From a virus (Duplodnaviria > Caudoviricetes), in the IMG/VR virus record IMGVR_UViG_3300029305_011953, positions 1 through 64,000 of that record: a DNA stretch of 64,000 nucleotides; one strand, 5' to 3'. A program made the position numbers and the translations under genes. Positions 47,644 through 56,710 of the stretch are shown piece after piece. How positions within the stretch are numbered: position 1 is the first letter of the stretch; each line of letters opens with the position of its first letter. The notes under the pieces are model-generated. The model had not been told where the DNA came from and searched no databases. It worked only from the letters and a program-made list of their open reading frames with translations.

Positions 47644-47988
47644 ATGAATAAAGAACACGGAATTATGATTTGTCCAGGCGTAACGGTCTCGGACAATTAT
47701 ATTCGGCTTACGAACAAGCCAAAAATAAACGGGATTGAGTTATGTGGAAATAAAACTTCTACGCAACTCAATCTTTTATCTAACCAAATCGGCGAATATA
47801 GCGAGATAGACCTTGCGACAGCAGGCAACGACTCCTATATGCTCGTATTCCCTCAAGCGGGTCAGCCGAGTAAAGTACGGGTGGGGGATATCAAGTCGGG
47901 AATGTTTTCCACAACGGAAGCGGTAACCGAAGAAACAGTAGAAACGATGGAAGTCGGTGAATTTATATTCAAAAAATTGGAGGATTAA
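47644..47988 (+). CDS. Small tail-region protein
   Basis: YIRLTNKPKINGIELCGNKTS motif; RBS present. Confidence 0.55.
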   Translation: MNKEHGIMICPGVTVSDNYIRLTNKPKINGIELCGNKTSTQLNLLSNQIGEYSEIDLATAGNDSYMLVFPQAGQPSKVRVGDIKSGMFSTTEAVTEETVETMEVGEFIFKKLED

Positions 47989-47991
47989 AAA

Positions 47992-49095
47992 ATGGCACAA
48001 ACGACTAACAAATTTCAAATTATTCAGAAGGTAAGCGAAACAGACACGATGGTTCTTCATCCAGAAACGGATGCGAGTATCGTAAAATATGACGGTACAA
48101 CGTCGGGGTTGAGTGCAACCGATGCAAAAGCGGCAATTGACGAGCTTGCAAGTCAAATTGATGATATCACGGGTGGCGGTGTTGTTACTGGTATCAAGGG
48201 TAATACGGAAAGCACTTATCGAAAAGGTCAAGTAAATCTTACCGCTGCAAATATCGGAGCAGAAACGGCGGGGACTGTAGCAACACACAATAGCAATACT
48301 TCTGCGCATACGGATATCCGCAATTTAATTACGGCGGCACAGAATAAGGCAAATCAAGCCTACACGCTGGCAGAAGGTAGGGCAAGAGCTGTGGCGTTTG
48401 ATACGCTTGATTCGGTAAAAACGAACTTGAAATCGGCATCGAATTCGGCTTATAAGGTTGGCGATCACATTCTTATCAAGGCAACAAATACGCCTGATTA
48501 TTGGATTTCCGCAATCCTTACGAGCAACACGGGCGATTATGGTTATTACGAGTTGACCGCATTGGAAACCCCGAAGGTTGACCTTTCTGGGTATCAGACC
48601 AAAACGGACAGCTCTTTAACGACCACGGCAAAAACTGTCGTTGGGGCGATTGGCGAAGTCAAAACGACAGCGGATTCCGCATTGAGTAAGGCAACGACCA
48701 ATGCCACGAATATTACTAATATTATCAACGGCACGACGGTTGTGTCGAAGGCTACGTCAGCGACTTCGGCAACGAGTGCAACTACTGCAACGAGTGCGGG
48801 GAAGTGGACAACTGCAAGAACAATTGGTGTAACGGTCGGTTCTGGTACGAAGAGTGATGGTAGCACGGCAATTACAGCAACGGGGTCTCAATCGGTTGAC
48901 GGTTCGGCAAATAAGACCATTTCCGTCACGCTCGGCGATAGCGGTGTTGCTGCAGGTGTGTATAGTGCGATTCAGGTCAACTCGAAGGGTATCGCTACGG
49001 CGGGTGGACAAATCATAGAAATTGGTTCTGCAAGCCAAACTTCGCCGAGTGCTGACCTTGCAACAGGCGGAATTTTCTTCAAAATGATTTCTTAA
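47992..49095 (+). CDS. Tail fibre-like T/S/A-rich protein
   Basis: VVTGIKGNTESTYRKGQVNLTAANIGA, TARTI...DGSAN, SGVAAGVYSAIQVNSKG. Confidence 0.65.
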   Translation: MAQTTNKFQIIQKVSETDTMVLHPETDASIVKYDGTTSGLSATDAKAAIDELASQIDDITGGGVVTGIKGNTESTYRKGQVNLTAANIGAETAGTVATHNSNTSAHTDIRNLITAAQNKANQAYTLAEGRARAVAFDTLDSVKTNLKSASNSAYKVGDHILIKATNTPDYWISAILTSNTGDYGYYELTALETPKVDLSGYQTKTDSSLTTTAKTVVGAIGEVKTTADSALSKATTNATNITNIINGTTVVSKATSATSATSATTATSAGKWTTARTIGVTVGSGTKSDGSTAITATGSQSVDGSANKTISVTLGDSGVAAGVYSAIQVNSKGIATAGGQIIEIGSASQTSPSADLATGGIFFKMIS

Positions 49096-49107
49096 TAGGA
49101 GGTAGTT

Positions 49108-50001
49108 ATGCCATACAGACCGACAATTAAAAATAGTGACGGCACGTTAACGGATTTGCCTTTAGAAGCTGAAACGGCTGTAAAGTTGAAAACGGCAAGA
49201 AGTATTTCGTTGTCTGGCGTAACGGCAACCGCACAGTCTTTCAATGGTGGTTCAAATATAACTATTCCTATTACGGCAGTACCAGGTACGCTTTTAACGG
49301 GTTCAACGACAATCAGCACTTCGGGTAATGCAGGAACGGCTACGAAACTTGCTACCGCGCGGACAATTGGGTTAAGTGGAGTAACTGCCACCGCCCAGTC
49401 GTTCAACGGCTCGGCAAATATTACAATCCCGATAACAGCTGTTCCCGCAAGTCTTTTGACAGGAACGGCATCGATAAGCACAACGGGCAATGCGGCAACG
49501 GCTACGAAAGCGACAAACGCAGATGCGATTTTTAAGAATTCGAGTGGAAGTTACTTGACTGCAACCATTGATTCAAGCGGTTATGCCCAGTTGAGCGATG
49601 GCTCTACGGTAAGACGAAAAAAGCCTTTGTATGTGTCAACCATAGGCACGTATTATGATGATTATCAGATTTTATCGGGGGATACCTTTCCAACTGGCGG
49701 TAAACTCTATGAAATCATCTATGAAGATAACGGGATAAGTCAATATTTTAGGTATAGATTTCCTACGACAACAAGTGGGACTCTTACTATTTATTTCTCG
49801 TTGCTTTTCAATGTTCATAAGAGTACCTATGATTTTAGGATACAAGAGGCAGGCAGTAGCACGACCTATAAGTCTATGAAGTGGGTTATTGACTTTACAA
49901 ATAAAACAGTAAAGCAAACGAAATATTCGGGTGGTTCGTGTGCGGCAACAACGGTGTACTTTAAGGGAATATATGAATTGATTGAACAAGGAGGAGCGTA
50001 A
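49108..50001 (+). CDS. Tail fibre/receptor-binding-like protein with two 54-aa repeats
   Basis: TAxKLxTARxIxLSGVTATAQSFNG..NITIPITAVP repeated at aa 23-76 and 77-130. Confidence 0.65.
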   Translation: MPYRPTIKNSDGTLTDLPLEAETAVKLKTARSISLSGVTATAQSFNGGSNITIPITAVPGTLLTGSTTISTSGNAGTATKLATARTIGLSGVTATAQSFNGSANITIPITAVPASLLTGTASISTTGNAATATKATNADAIFKNSSGSYLTATIDSSGYAQLSDGSTVRRKKPLYVSTIGTYYDDYQILSGDTFPTGGKLYEIIYEDNGISQYFRYRFPTTTSGTLTIYFSLLFNVHKSTYDFRIQEAGSSTTYKSMKWVIDFTNKTVKQTKYSGGSCAATTVYFKGIYELIEQGGA

Positions 50002-50003
50002 GA

Positions 50004-50378
50004 ATGAAGATAGTACCTATCAGTAAACACGAATATCGGGTTTTTCCGATAAGGGAAGACGAACCGTATCTTGAAATTACGGAAAAAGAATATCAAGGAT
50101 TGGAAATGCAAACGCATTGTTTCAACGATGACTTGTCTGCTGTGATTGAATACGTGAAATCGACAGAAGAATTGGAGCTTGAAAGGGTGCAGGAGCGTAA
50201 TTTTCAAATTCGCATAAGAATTAGCGAATTAAAGAGTCAGTTGGCGCAGACCGACTACAAGACCTTGAAGTTGTTTGAAGGATTGATTACGGAAGAAGAG
50301 TATCTGGAAACTCGTGTACTTCGTGAAAGCCTTCGAGCGCAAATTAATGACCTTGAAAGCCAAATCGTGGAGGTGTAA
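50004..50378 (+). CDS. Putative tail-fibre chaperone-like protein
   Basis: ISELKSQLAQTDYK..K..EG...EEEY....RQ-like C-terminus; follows the fibre genes. Confidence 0.5.
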   Translation: MKIVPISKHEYRVFPIREDEPYLEITEKEYQGLEMQTHCFNDDLSAVIEYVKSTEELELERVQERNFQIRIRISELKSQLAQTDYKTLKLFEGLITEEEYLETRVLRESLRAQINDLESQIVEV

Positions 50379-50379
50379 A

Positions 50380-50676
50380 GTGGTTGCAATCATTATCAGT
50401 ATTACGGGAAGCATTGTCAGCGGGATGGTGCTTTTTTTCTTGCAGAGATTTTTCAAGAAAAAGGCAAAGACGGATGAGGAAAGGGATGAGGCGAAGAGAA
50501 AAGAGAATATTCTCATCCTTAAAAGTATCGATGCGGTGGGGAAACTCACCTATGCTGATGCCATTGCAATTCGTGATGGCAAGACGAACGGGGAAATGAA
50601 GACCGCAATTGAGGCATATAAAAAAGCCGACGAAGAACTTTATAATTTCCTACTCGAACAGAATGCAATGAAATAA
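50380..50676 (+). CDS. Membrane protein with one N-terminal TM helix and a coiled coil (lysis cassette)
   Basis: GGAGGT RBS then GTG; hydrophobic AIIISITGSIVSGMVLFFL followed by a basic stretch. Confidence 0.65.
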   Translation: MVAIIISITGSIVSGMVLFFLQRFFKKKAKTDEERDEAKRKENILILKSIDAVGKLTYADAIAIRDGKTNGEMKTAIEAYKKADEELYNFLLEQNAMK

Positions 50677-50686
50677 GGAGGACAAT

Positions 50687-51118
50687 ATGAAGAAAATTAA
50701 TGGTGTTTTATTTTGGATTTTATCCTTAACCTGGGGACTTCCTATGACCCTCGTAGGCGCTTTGGTGGCGCTTGCATTGCTCATAACGGGGCATAAACTG
50801 AAACGTTTCCAGCACTTCATTTATTTTGAAGTTGGGTATAATTGGGGCGGATTTGAGGTCGGCGGATTCTTCGTTGTGGATAAATACGCAAGCGAACGCA
50901 CAAAACGCCACGAGGCTGGACACGGCATACAGAATATTATCCTGGGGCCGTTAATGCCGTTCTTGGTGAGTATCCCTTCGGCAACGAGATATTGGTATCG
51001 TGAGTATCTTGTTAGGAAGAAAAAGAAACTTCGTAGTGAATTGCCCCCGTATGATTCCATCTGGTTTGAAGGGTGGGCAACGAAACTTGGAGATAAATAT
51101 TACAAGGAGGCAGTATAA
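50687..51118 (+). CDS. Membrane-associated HExxH (zincin-like) protein
   Basis: N-terminal hydrophobic helix; RHEAGHG and downstream FEGWA. Confidence 0.6.
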   Translation: MKKINGVLFWILSLTWGLPMTLVGALVALALLITGHKLKRFQHFIYFEVGYNWGGFEVGGFFVVDKYASERTKRHEAGHGIQNIILGPLMPFLVSIPSATRYWYREYLVRKKKKLRSELPPYDSIWFEGWATKLGDKYYKEAV

Positions 51119-51414
51119 TGGAACAATACTTAGAATTGATTTCCGTCCCTGCGATTGCAGCGGTGGTCTATTGGATTATCAACATCATCAAAACTGCTGT
51201 TAAAAGCGAGAAGTTCAACCGATTTATTCCTTTGATTGCGGCGGTTCTTGGTGTGATTAGTGGGGTCGTTTGTTTTTATGCGATTCCGTCTATCATTCCG
51301 GCACAGAACGTGATTGTTGCAATCATTATCGGTGGCGCAAGTGGTTTGACGGCAACTGGTACGAACCAAATCATCAAGCAATTGACGAAGTCCGACACCG
51401 AAAATAAAGAATAA
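51118..51414 (+). CDS. Holin
   Basis: Three hydrophobic segments; FIPLIA, IIGGASGLTATGTNQIIKQ, charged C-terminus. Confidence 0.8.
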   Translation: MEQYLELISVPAIAAVVYWIINIIKTAVKSEKFNRFIPLIAAVLGVISGVVCFYAIPSIIPAQNVIVAIIIGGASGLTATGTNQIIKQLTKSDTENKE

Positions 51415-51431
51415 TTGAATAAAGCAAATAA

Positions 51432-51471
51432 AGCCTATCTGGAACTTCTTCTTGGTAGGCTTTATTTTTTT
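51432..51471 (+). terminator. Terminator, copy 1 of a 40-bp direct repeat
   Basis: agcctatc...ggtaggct plus T run; 38/40 identical to 52109-52148. Confidence 0.8.
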
Positions 51472-51492
51472 TATCTGCGCATATGATTGTAA

Positions 51493-51521
51493 TTGAATAA
51501 TTTGTAAATCTATGTTATAAT
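51493..51521 (+). promoter_or_regulatory. Sigma70/A promoter of the AAA/kinase moron
   Basis: TTGAAT, 17 bp, TGtTATAAT. Confidence 0.7.
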
Positions 51522-51555
51522 TAACTCACCGATAAATAAGAATTTGCAGGTGCGA

Positions 51556-52053
51556 ATGATGAAAACTTTATATATGATTGGTGGCACTATGGGAATTGGA
51601 AAAACAACTGTGTGCCAACAGCTTAAACAGGATTTGCCGAATAGCGTATTTCTTGACGGAGATTGGTGCTGGGATGCAAGTCCGTTCCAAGTAACCGATG
51701 AAACAAAAGCAATGGTGACAAATAATATTTGTTATGTACTCAATAATTTTCTGAAGTGTTCTGCATACGAGAATATCATTTTTTGTTGGGTGATGCACGA
51801 GCAGAGTATTATCAATTCCATACTTGAGAAGCTGGATACACAGAACTGTGAGGTGAAATGCGTCTCGCTTGTAGCGGATGAAAAGACTCTGTGTGAAAGA
51901 TTGGCAATGGATGTAGAAAGAGGTATCCGTTCAGAAGATATAATTGAGCGAAGCATAGCAAGAATACCGATGTATCAAGCACTCAATACCATTAAAATTG
52001 ATACCAACGCCAAAACCGTGGCTATGATTGCCAATGAGATAAAGCTGTTGTAA
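51556..52053 (+). CDS. P-loop nucleotide-kinase-like (AAA_18/AAA_33-like) protein
   Basis: Walker A GGTMGIGKTT, LDGDWCW. Confidence 0.75.
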   Translation: MMKTLYMIGGTMGIGKTTVCQQLKQDLPNSVFLDGDWCWDASPFQVTDETKAMVTNNICYVLNNFLKCSAYENIIFCWVMHEQSIINSILEKLDTQNCEVKCVSLVADEKTLCERLAMDVERGIRSEDIIERSIARIPMYQALNTIKIDTNAKTVAMIANEIKLL

Positions 52054-52108
52054 TACCGTCAAATTCCAATTTATCGAGTTTAATCAAAATTGAATATTTG
52101 CGTAAGGT

Positions 52109-52148
52109 AGCCTATCTGGAACTTTTTCTGGGTAGGCTTTATTTTTTT
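52109..52148 (+). terminator. Terminator, copy 2 of the 40-bp direct repeat
   Basis: agcctatctggaactttttctgggtaggctttattttttt. Confidence 0.8.
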
Positions 52149-52210
52149 GCCTAATATACCCTTAAAAAATGGTTCTTTTTTCTCCGTATCTTGAAGGAGC
52201 GTGAAATAAT

Positions 52211-52585
52211 ATGACGAACGAAGAAAAAAATAAAATCATTGAACTGTCCCAACAGGGGCTTGGATACACAAAAATTGCAACGCAGGTGGGTTTGTCCCCA
52301 AACAGCGTAAAAACATTTTTAAGAAGGCAGAAGGAACATACTTCGTGCCGGTGTTTACAATGTGGGACGGAAATTACGAGTATGCCGCATAAAAAGGAAA
52401 AGAAGTTCTGCTCGGCTGTTTGCCGTATGCGTTGGTGGAACGAGCACCAAAAGCAAGTGAACAGAAAGGCATACTATACCTTGACGTGCGAATGCTGTGG
52501 CTCTACCTTTGTCACGTATGGGAATGCAAAGCAAAAATTCTGTTCTCGTAAGTGTTTTGCTAATTATCGGAGGAAAGAAAAATGA
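52211..52585 (+). CDS. HTH + Cys-rich Zn-finger protein
   Basis: GLGYTKIATQVGLSPNSVKTF; CLQC, FCSAVC, CECC, FCSRKC. Confidence 0.75.
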   Translation: MTNEEKNKIIELSQQGLGYTKIATQVGLSPNSVKTFLRRQKEHTSCRCLQCGTEITSMPHKKEKKFCSAVCRMRWWNEHQKQVNRKAYYTLTCECCGSTFVTYGNAKQKFCSRKCFANYRRKEK

Positions 52586-52752
52586 TGGAAAATCAAGAGA
52601 ATATTTTAAGATATACCTTGGCGGTAACAATGGCAGAATCGATGCTTGAAAAGGGTATTATTTCCAAGGACGATTATAATAAAATTGAACAGAAATTTTG
52701 CGAAAAATATTGTATCAATTTATCGTCTATATTCCGCAAAATCGCTGGATAA
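52582..52752 (+). CDS. 56-aa SHOCT-like protein (not in the ORF track)
   Basis: Translated by hand: MMENQENILRYTLAVTMAESMLEKGIISKDDYNKIEQKFCEKYCINLSSIFRKIAG; ATGA overlap with upstream gene. Confidence 0.65.
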   Translation: MMENQENILRYTLAVTMAESMLEKGIISKDDYNKIEQKFCEKYCINLSSIFRKIAG

Positions 52753-52794
52753 TATTCTCTTTTAGAGGTAATATACACATACCAAAAAAGGAGG
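52737..52794 (+). repeat. Repeated promoter/RBS element, copy C, upstream of the recombinases
   Basis: caaaatcgctggata...ttttagaggtaatatacacatac...aaggagg. Confidence 0.7.
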
Positions 52795-52799
52795 GTATT

Positions 52800-54080
52800 A
52801 TGGCAAGAATTGTTCAAGTAATTCAACCTACGAAAAACATAGGAATTGAATATTTGAATGTTTGTGCGTATGCGAGAGTTTCAAGTGGAAAAGATGCAAT
52901 GATGCATTCGCTTTCCGCGCAAATCAGCTATTACCAAACATACATTCAAAGAAAGCAAAACTGGCGTTTCCGTGGGGTATATGCGGACGAGGCAATTTCG
53001 GGGACGAAAGACAACCGTGAATGCTTTAATGCAATGCTTGAAGAGTGCCGAAAGGGGCATATTGATTTAATTGTTACGAAGTCAATTTCAAGATTTGCAA
53101 GAAACACGATTACGCTTTTGGAAACGATACGAGAGTTAAAGGATATAGGTGTTAACGTTTACTTTGAAGAACAGAACATCAACACCCTTTCGGCGGAAGG
53201 GGAAGTGCTTTTGACTTTGTTGGCATCCTACGCACAGGAAGAAGCTCGTTCGGCAAGCGAAAATCAAAAATGGAGAGTGCTGTTGAATTTCAAACAAGGT
53301 AAACCTTGGTGTTGCACTATGTTTGGATATCGTCACGAAAAGGGGAAGTTTTATATCGTCGAGCGTGAGGCAGAAATCATTCGATGGATTTATAAATCTT
53401 ACCTTGAAGGGCGTGGAACGACAGCAATCTCTAATGACCTCGCCGCTTATGGGGAAGTTGGTAGGAAGGGGCATTTATTTTCAAAAGGTTCAGTTATGAA
53501 AATTCTTCGGAATTATGCTTATACGGGAAACTTGATACTTCAAACGACCTATCGAGAAAACTATATGACAAAGGTTCGTAAAAAGAATGAAGGTCAACTT
53601 CCAATGTACCAGGCAGAAGATACGCACGAGCCGATTATAGACCTTGCTACTTTTAAGGAAGTACAAGCAGAAATTGCTCGGCGGAAAGAAGAGTTTGCGC
53701 CAAAAAAAGAAAAGGGCAGGTATGCGTTCACGGGGTTAATCAAGTGCGAAAACTGCGGAAAGGGATTTAGGCGCAAGACGACGGCAACCAGAGTTGTTTG
53801 GATATGCTCGACCTTCAATACAAGGGGAAAGATGTATTGCCATGCAAAACAAATCCCCGAAGAAACGCTTGAGAAATTAACGGCGGATTTAGACCTTTCG
53901 ACCGTAAAAGAAATCAGGGCGGCGGAAGGGAATAAACTAACCTTTGTTTTTAAAGACGGAAAGGAAGAAATACGGTATTGGAAAGACCGTTCGAGAAGTG
54001 AGTCTTGGACGGAAGAAAAACGGAAAAAAGCAAGTGAAGACGCATATAGGAGGGAATATAAATGCCGAAAGTTACAATAA
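52800..54080 (+). CDS. Large serine recombinase 1
   Basis: AYARVSS, KSISRFARN, recombinase domain, CENC..C..C Zn ribbon. Confidence 0.9.
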   Translation: MARIVQVIQPTKNIGIEYLNVCAYARVSSGKDAMMHSLSAQISYYQTYIQRKQNWRFRGVYADEAISGTKDNRECFNAMLEECRKGHIDLIVTKSISRFARNTITLLETIRELKDIGVNVYFEEQNINTLSAEGEVLLTLLASYAQEEARSASENQKWRVLLNFKQGKPWCCTMFGYRHEKGKFYIVEREAEIIRWIYKSYLEGRGTTAISNDLAAYGEVGRKGHLFSKGSVMKILRNYAYTGNLILQTTYRENYMTKVRKKNEGQLPMYQAEDTHEPIIDLATFKEVQAEIARRKEEFAPKKEKGRYAFTGLIKCENCGKGFRRKTTATRVVWICSTFNTRGKMYCHAKQIPEETLEKLTADLDLSTVKEIRAAEGNKLTFVFKDGKEEIRYWKDRSRSESWTEEKRKKASEDAYRREYKCRKLQ

Positions 54081-55645
54081 TACCAGCAACAAGAGATTTC
54101 CATACAGGAAACCTTAAAAACGATTTGAGAAAAAAGCGAGTGGCTGCCTATGCTCGTGTTTCCACGAATAGCGAAGAACAACAGACTTCCTATGAGGCGC
54201 AAGTAGATTATTATACCAAATACATCAAAAGCAGACCCGATTGGGAGTTTGTTGATGTTTATACAGATGAAGGTATAACCGCAACCAACACAAAAAAGCG
54301 TGAAGGCTTTAAGGAAATGGTGGAAAACGCCCTTGCGGGAAACATAGACCTAATCATCACAAAATCGGTCAGTCGATTTGCGAGAAATACGGTTGACAGC
54401 TTAACGACGATCCGTAAGTTGAAAGACAAGGGTATTGAAGTTTTCTTTGAAAAGGAAAATATTTATACCTTGGATAGCAAGGGGGAGTTGGTATTAACAA
54501 TTATGAGTTCCCTTGCCCAGGAAGAAAGCAGAAGTATTTCGGAAAACGTAACTTGGGGCAGAAGAAAGCAATTCGCCGACGGGAATGTCTGCTTGCCCTA
54601 TAAACATTTCCTTGGATATAAAAAGGGCGAAGACGGCAAACCAGAAGTTGTTCCTGCAGAGGCGGCGATTATACGATTGATTTATATGCTTTTCCTTGAA
54701 GGGAAAACGCCAGGGGCGATTGCGGATTACTTAACGGAACAAGGCTTTCCCACGCCGACAAATAAAAGTAAGGTGTGGCACTTGAAAACGGTAGAGAGTA
54801 TTCTCACGAACGAAAAATACAAAGGTTCGGCAATTCTGCAAAAGAAGTACACCGTCAATTATTTGGAAAAGAAAATGGCGGTAAACGACGGGCAAGTTCC
54901 TAAATATTACATTGAAGAAAGCCACGAGGCGATTATCCCCCCTGGCGAGTTTGAAATGGTACAAGAAGAAATGAAACGCCGCAAAAGTTTATCGAGAAAA
55001 TATAGTGGTTCAACCTTGTTTGCATCAAAGATTATTTGTGGAGATTGCGGTTCGTATTTTGGCGCAAAGGTGTGGCATTCAAATACAGAATACCGTCGAG
55101 TGATTTATCGATGTAATGAAAAATACGAGAAGAAAGGCGCACCCAGGTGTTCGACGAGCCATCTTTCCGAAGACGAAATTAAGAACGGTTTTGTACGAGC
55201 GTTGAATATTTTGATTAACGAAAAGCAAGTAGTGTTGGATGATTGCAGATTACTATTTGATACGCTGACGGAAACAACGGAATTGGATGCACAAATTGAA
55301 ATGCAAATGGCAGAGCGAGAATATGCTATGGAAATTTTGAAGAAATGCGTTGAGGATAATGCGATAAAAGAGCAGAGTCAATTAGAATATTGGAAACGCT
55401 ACGATGCCCTTGCGGAACGTTACGAGGCGGAAAAGAATAAACTTGAAAAACTCCTTGCTTTAAAAGAAGAACGCAAGCACAAGGCGGAATTGATAGGCGC
55501 GTTTATGTTTGAGTTAAGCGAAATGGACGGAATAATTGAGAATTTCGATGCTCGGCTTTGGTTTTTCACGGTTGAAAGAGTGGTTGTTACCGAAGGCAAG
55601 AAAATGACATTTGAAATGAGAAACGGTGCAAAAATTGCCGTGTGA
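54062..55645 (+). CDS. Large serine recombinase 2
   Basis: AYARVST, KSVSRFARN, CGDC..C..C, long coiled coil. Confidence 0.92.
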   Translation: MPKVTIIPATRDFHTGNLKNDLRKKRVAAYARVSTNSEEQQTSYEAQVDYYTKYIKSRPDWEFVDVYTDEGITATNTKKREGFKEMVENALAGNIDLIITKSVSRFARNTVDSLTTIRKLKDKGIEVFFEKENIYTLDSKGELVLTIMSSLAQEESRSISENVTWGRRKQFADGNVCLPYKHFLGYKKGEDGKPEVVPAEAAIIRLIYMLFLEGKTPGAIADYLTEQGFPTPTNKSKVWHLKTVESILTNEKYKGSAILQKKYTVNYLEKKMAVNDGQVPKYYIEESHEAIIPPGEFEMVQEEMKRRKSLSRKYSGSTLFASKIICGDCGSYFGAKVWHSNTEYRRVIYRCNEKYEKKGAPRCSTSHLSEDEIKNGFVRALNILINEKQVVLDDCRLLFDTLTETTELDAQIEMQMAEREYAMEILKKCVEDNAIKEQSQLEYWKRYDALAERYEAEKNKLEKLLALKEERKHKAELIGAFMFELSEMDGIIENFDARLWFFTVERVVVTEGKKMTFEMRNGAKIAV

Positions 55646-55685
55646 GGATGCGTAAAAAAAGTAGGCGCAACCAAAAATAGAGAAA

Positions 55686-55714
55686 ACTCCTGTTAAACGC
55701 AGGAGTCTTTTCTT
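55686..55714. terminator. Hairpin, probably a bidirectional terminator, between convergent modules
   Basis: actcctg-ttaaacg-caggagt flanked by A and T runs. Confidence 0.65.
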
Positions 55715-56710
55715 TTATAAATCGTCAATAGAACTTTGGAACGGAAAGGAAGGTTCGATTGCATCCGTATCATCTTCGTCGTCTTCATCTGCATCGCCTT
55801 CATCGATTTCGTCAACATCTTCTGTGGTAATATCTTCCTTTTCCGTGTCATCATCGGGGTTGAAAGAGGGCGAATAGTGGTTTTCTTCGTCTTCATCATC
55901 CAAACCTTCTGCATCGTAGCCTTTTGCGTAGAGCATACCAATAGGTAATCGGAATAAGTCGCTTTTCTTCTTTCCGTTATAAATTATTACCATTGCTTCT
56001 GCATATCCAAGGGTGCCAGAACGTCTTTCCTTGGCGGTTCGCGCAATGGTTTTTATGGATACTGCGCCTAATTTTTCCTTAAAAATCTCGTCATCCAAAC
56101 GGTCTCGGTAGGTATTGACAAGTTTTGCAACCGCCCTTAAAACATTTGCAGAAAGGGAATTAGAATCGCCTTCCCACGCCGCAATAACCAAACGAAGCGT
56201 GCGATTAAGGGTTTGATAACCATATTTAGTATAAATGGATTCCAATGATGAGATTGCACAAATAACGCCAGGAGCCTTTGTTAAACCGATGGTAAGGTTG
56301 TAAGATTCGACCAAATCTCGTATTAAGAGCTGTTGGTGGTTTCCCGCCTCAAGGTGCGCCATGAAGATTTCATAAGGGAGCAGGGGTTTAACGAATTTCT
56401 GCTGATTGGCAAAGATGTCGGCTTCGTTTTGATATTCGAGATCGTCATAAACCATGCACCATACAGGGGTTTCGCGAGAACCCGAAACACGTGCAATAAT
56501 CTCGATGGTATGCTGTCCGTTGAAAACATAGTTAATTCCGTCACGCTTACTAACTTTTACGGGATTGATTTGGTTAAGGTCGAAGTTTTCTGCGGCCTTT
56601 TCAATATGAGCAATCGAAAGATTTCTTTGATAATCTTGGTTCGATACAAGGTCTTTAATGGGAATAAGTTCAAAATGAACTTGTGGCACGTACATACTAT
56701 AATCACTCAT
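55715..56710 (-). CDS. DUF6551-like ParB/Srx-fold protein with acidic tail
   Basis: NQDYQRNL, INPVKVS, VFNGQHT (DGQHR-like), EADIF. Confidence 0.7.
   Translation of the reverse strand: MSDYSMYVPQVHFELIPIKDLVSNQDYQRNLSIAHIEKAAENFDLNQINPVKVSKRDGINYVFNGQHTIEIIARVSGSRETPVWCMVYDDLEYQNEADIFANQQKFVKPLLPYEIFMAHLEAGNHQQLLIRDLVESYNLTIGLTKAPGVICAISSLESIYTKYGYQTLNRTLRLVIAAWEGDSNSLSANVLRAVAKLVNTYRDRLDDEIFKEKLGAVSIKTIARTAKERRSGTLGYAEAMVIIYNGKKKSDLFRLPIGMLYAKGYDAEGLDDEDEENHYSPSFNPDDDTEKEDITTEDVDEIDEGDADEDDEDDTDAIEPSFPFQSSIDDL

Larger units (their letters stand above)
11726..55672 (+). mobile_element. Siphovirus-like prophage (phi-m46.1/phi-SsUD.1-like organisation); left boundary uncertain and may extend to ~5.3 kb to include the R-M operon
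   Basis: Ordered regulation, replication, packaging, head, tail, holin and serine-recombinase modules, all on the + strand. Confidence 0.85.

Noticed and set aside
46272-50001. Diversity-generating retroelement or shufflon acting on tail fibres
   Set aside because: No reverse transcriptase, no adenine-mismatched template/variable repeat pair, no inverted cassettes
55736-55948. Hydrophobic 70-aa ORF resembling a membrane toxin
   Set aside because: It is the reverse complement of the acidic (GAT/GAA-rich) tail of 55715-56710
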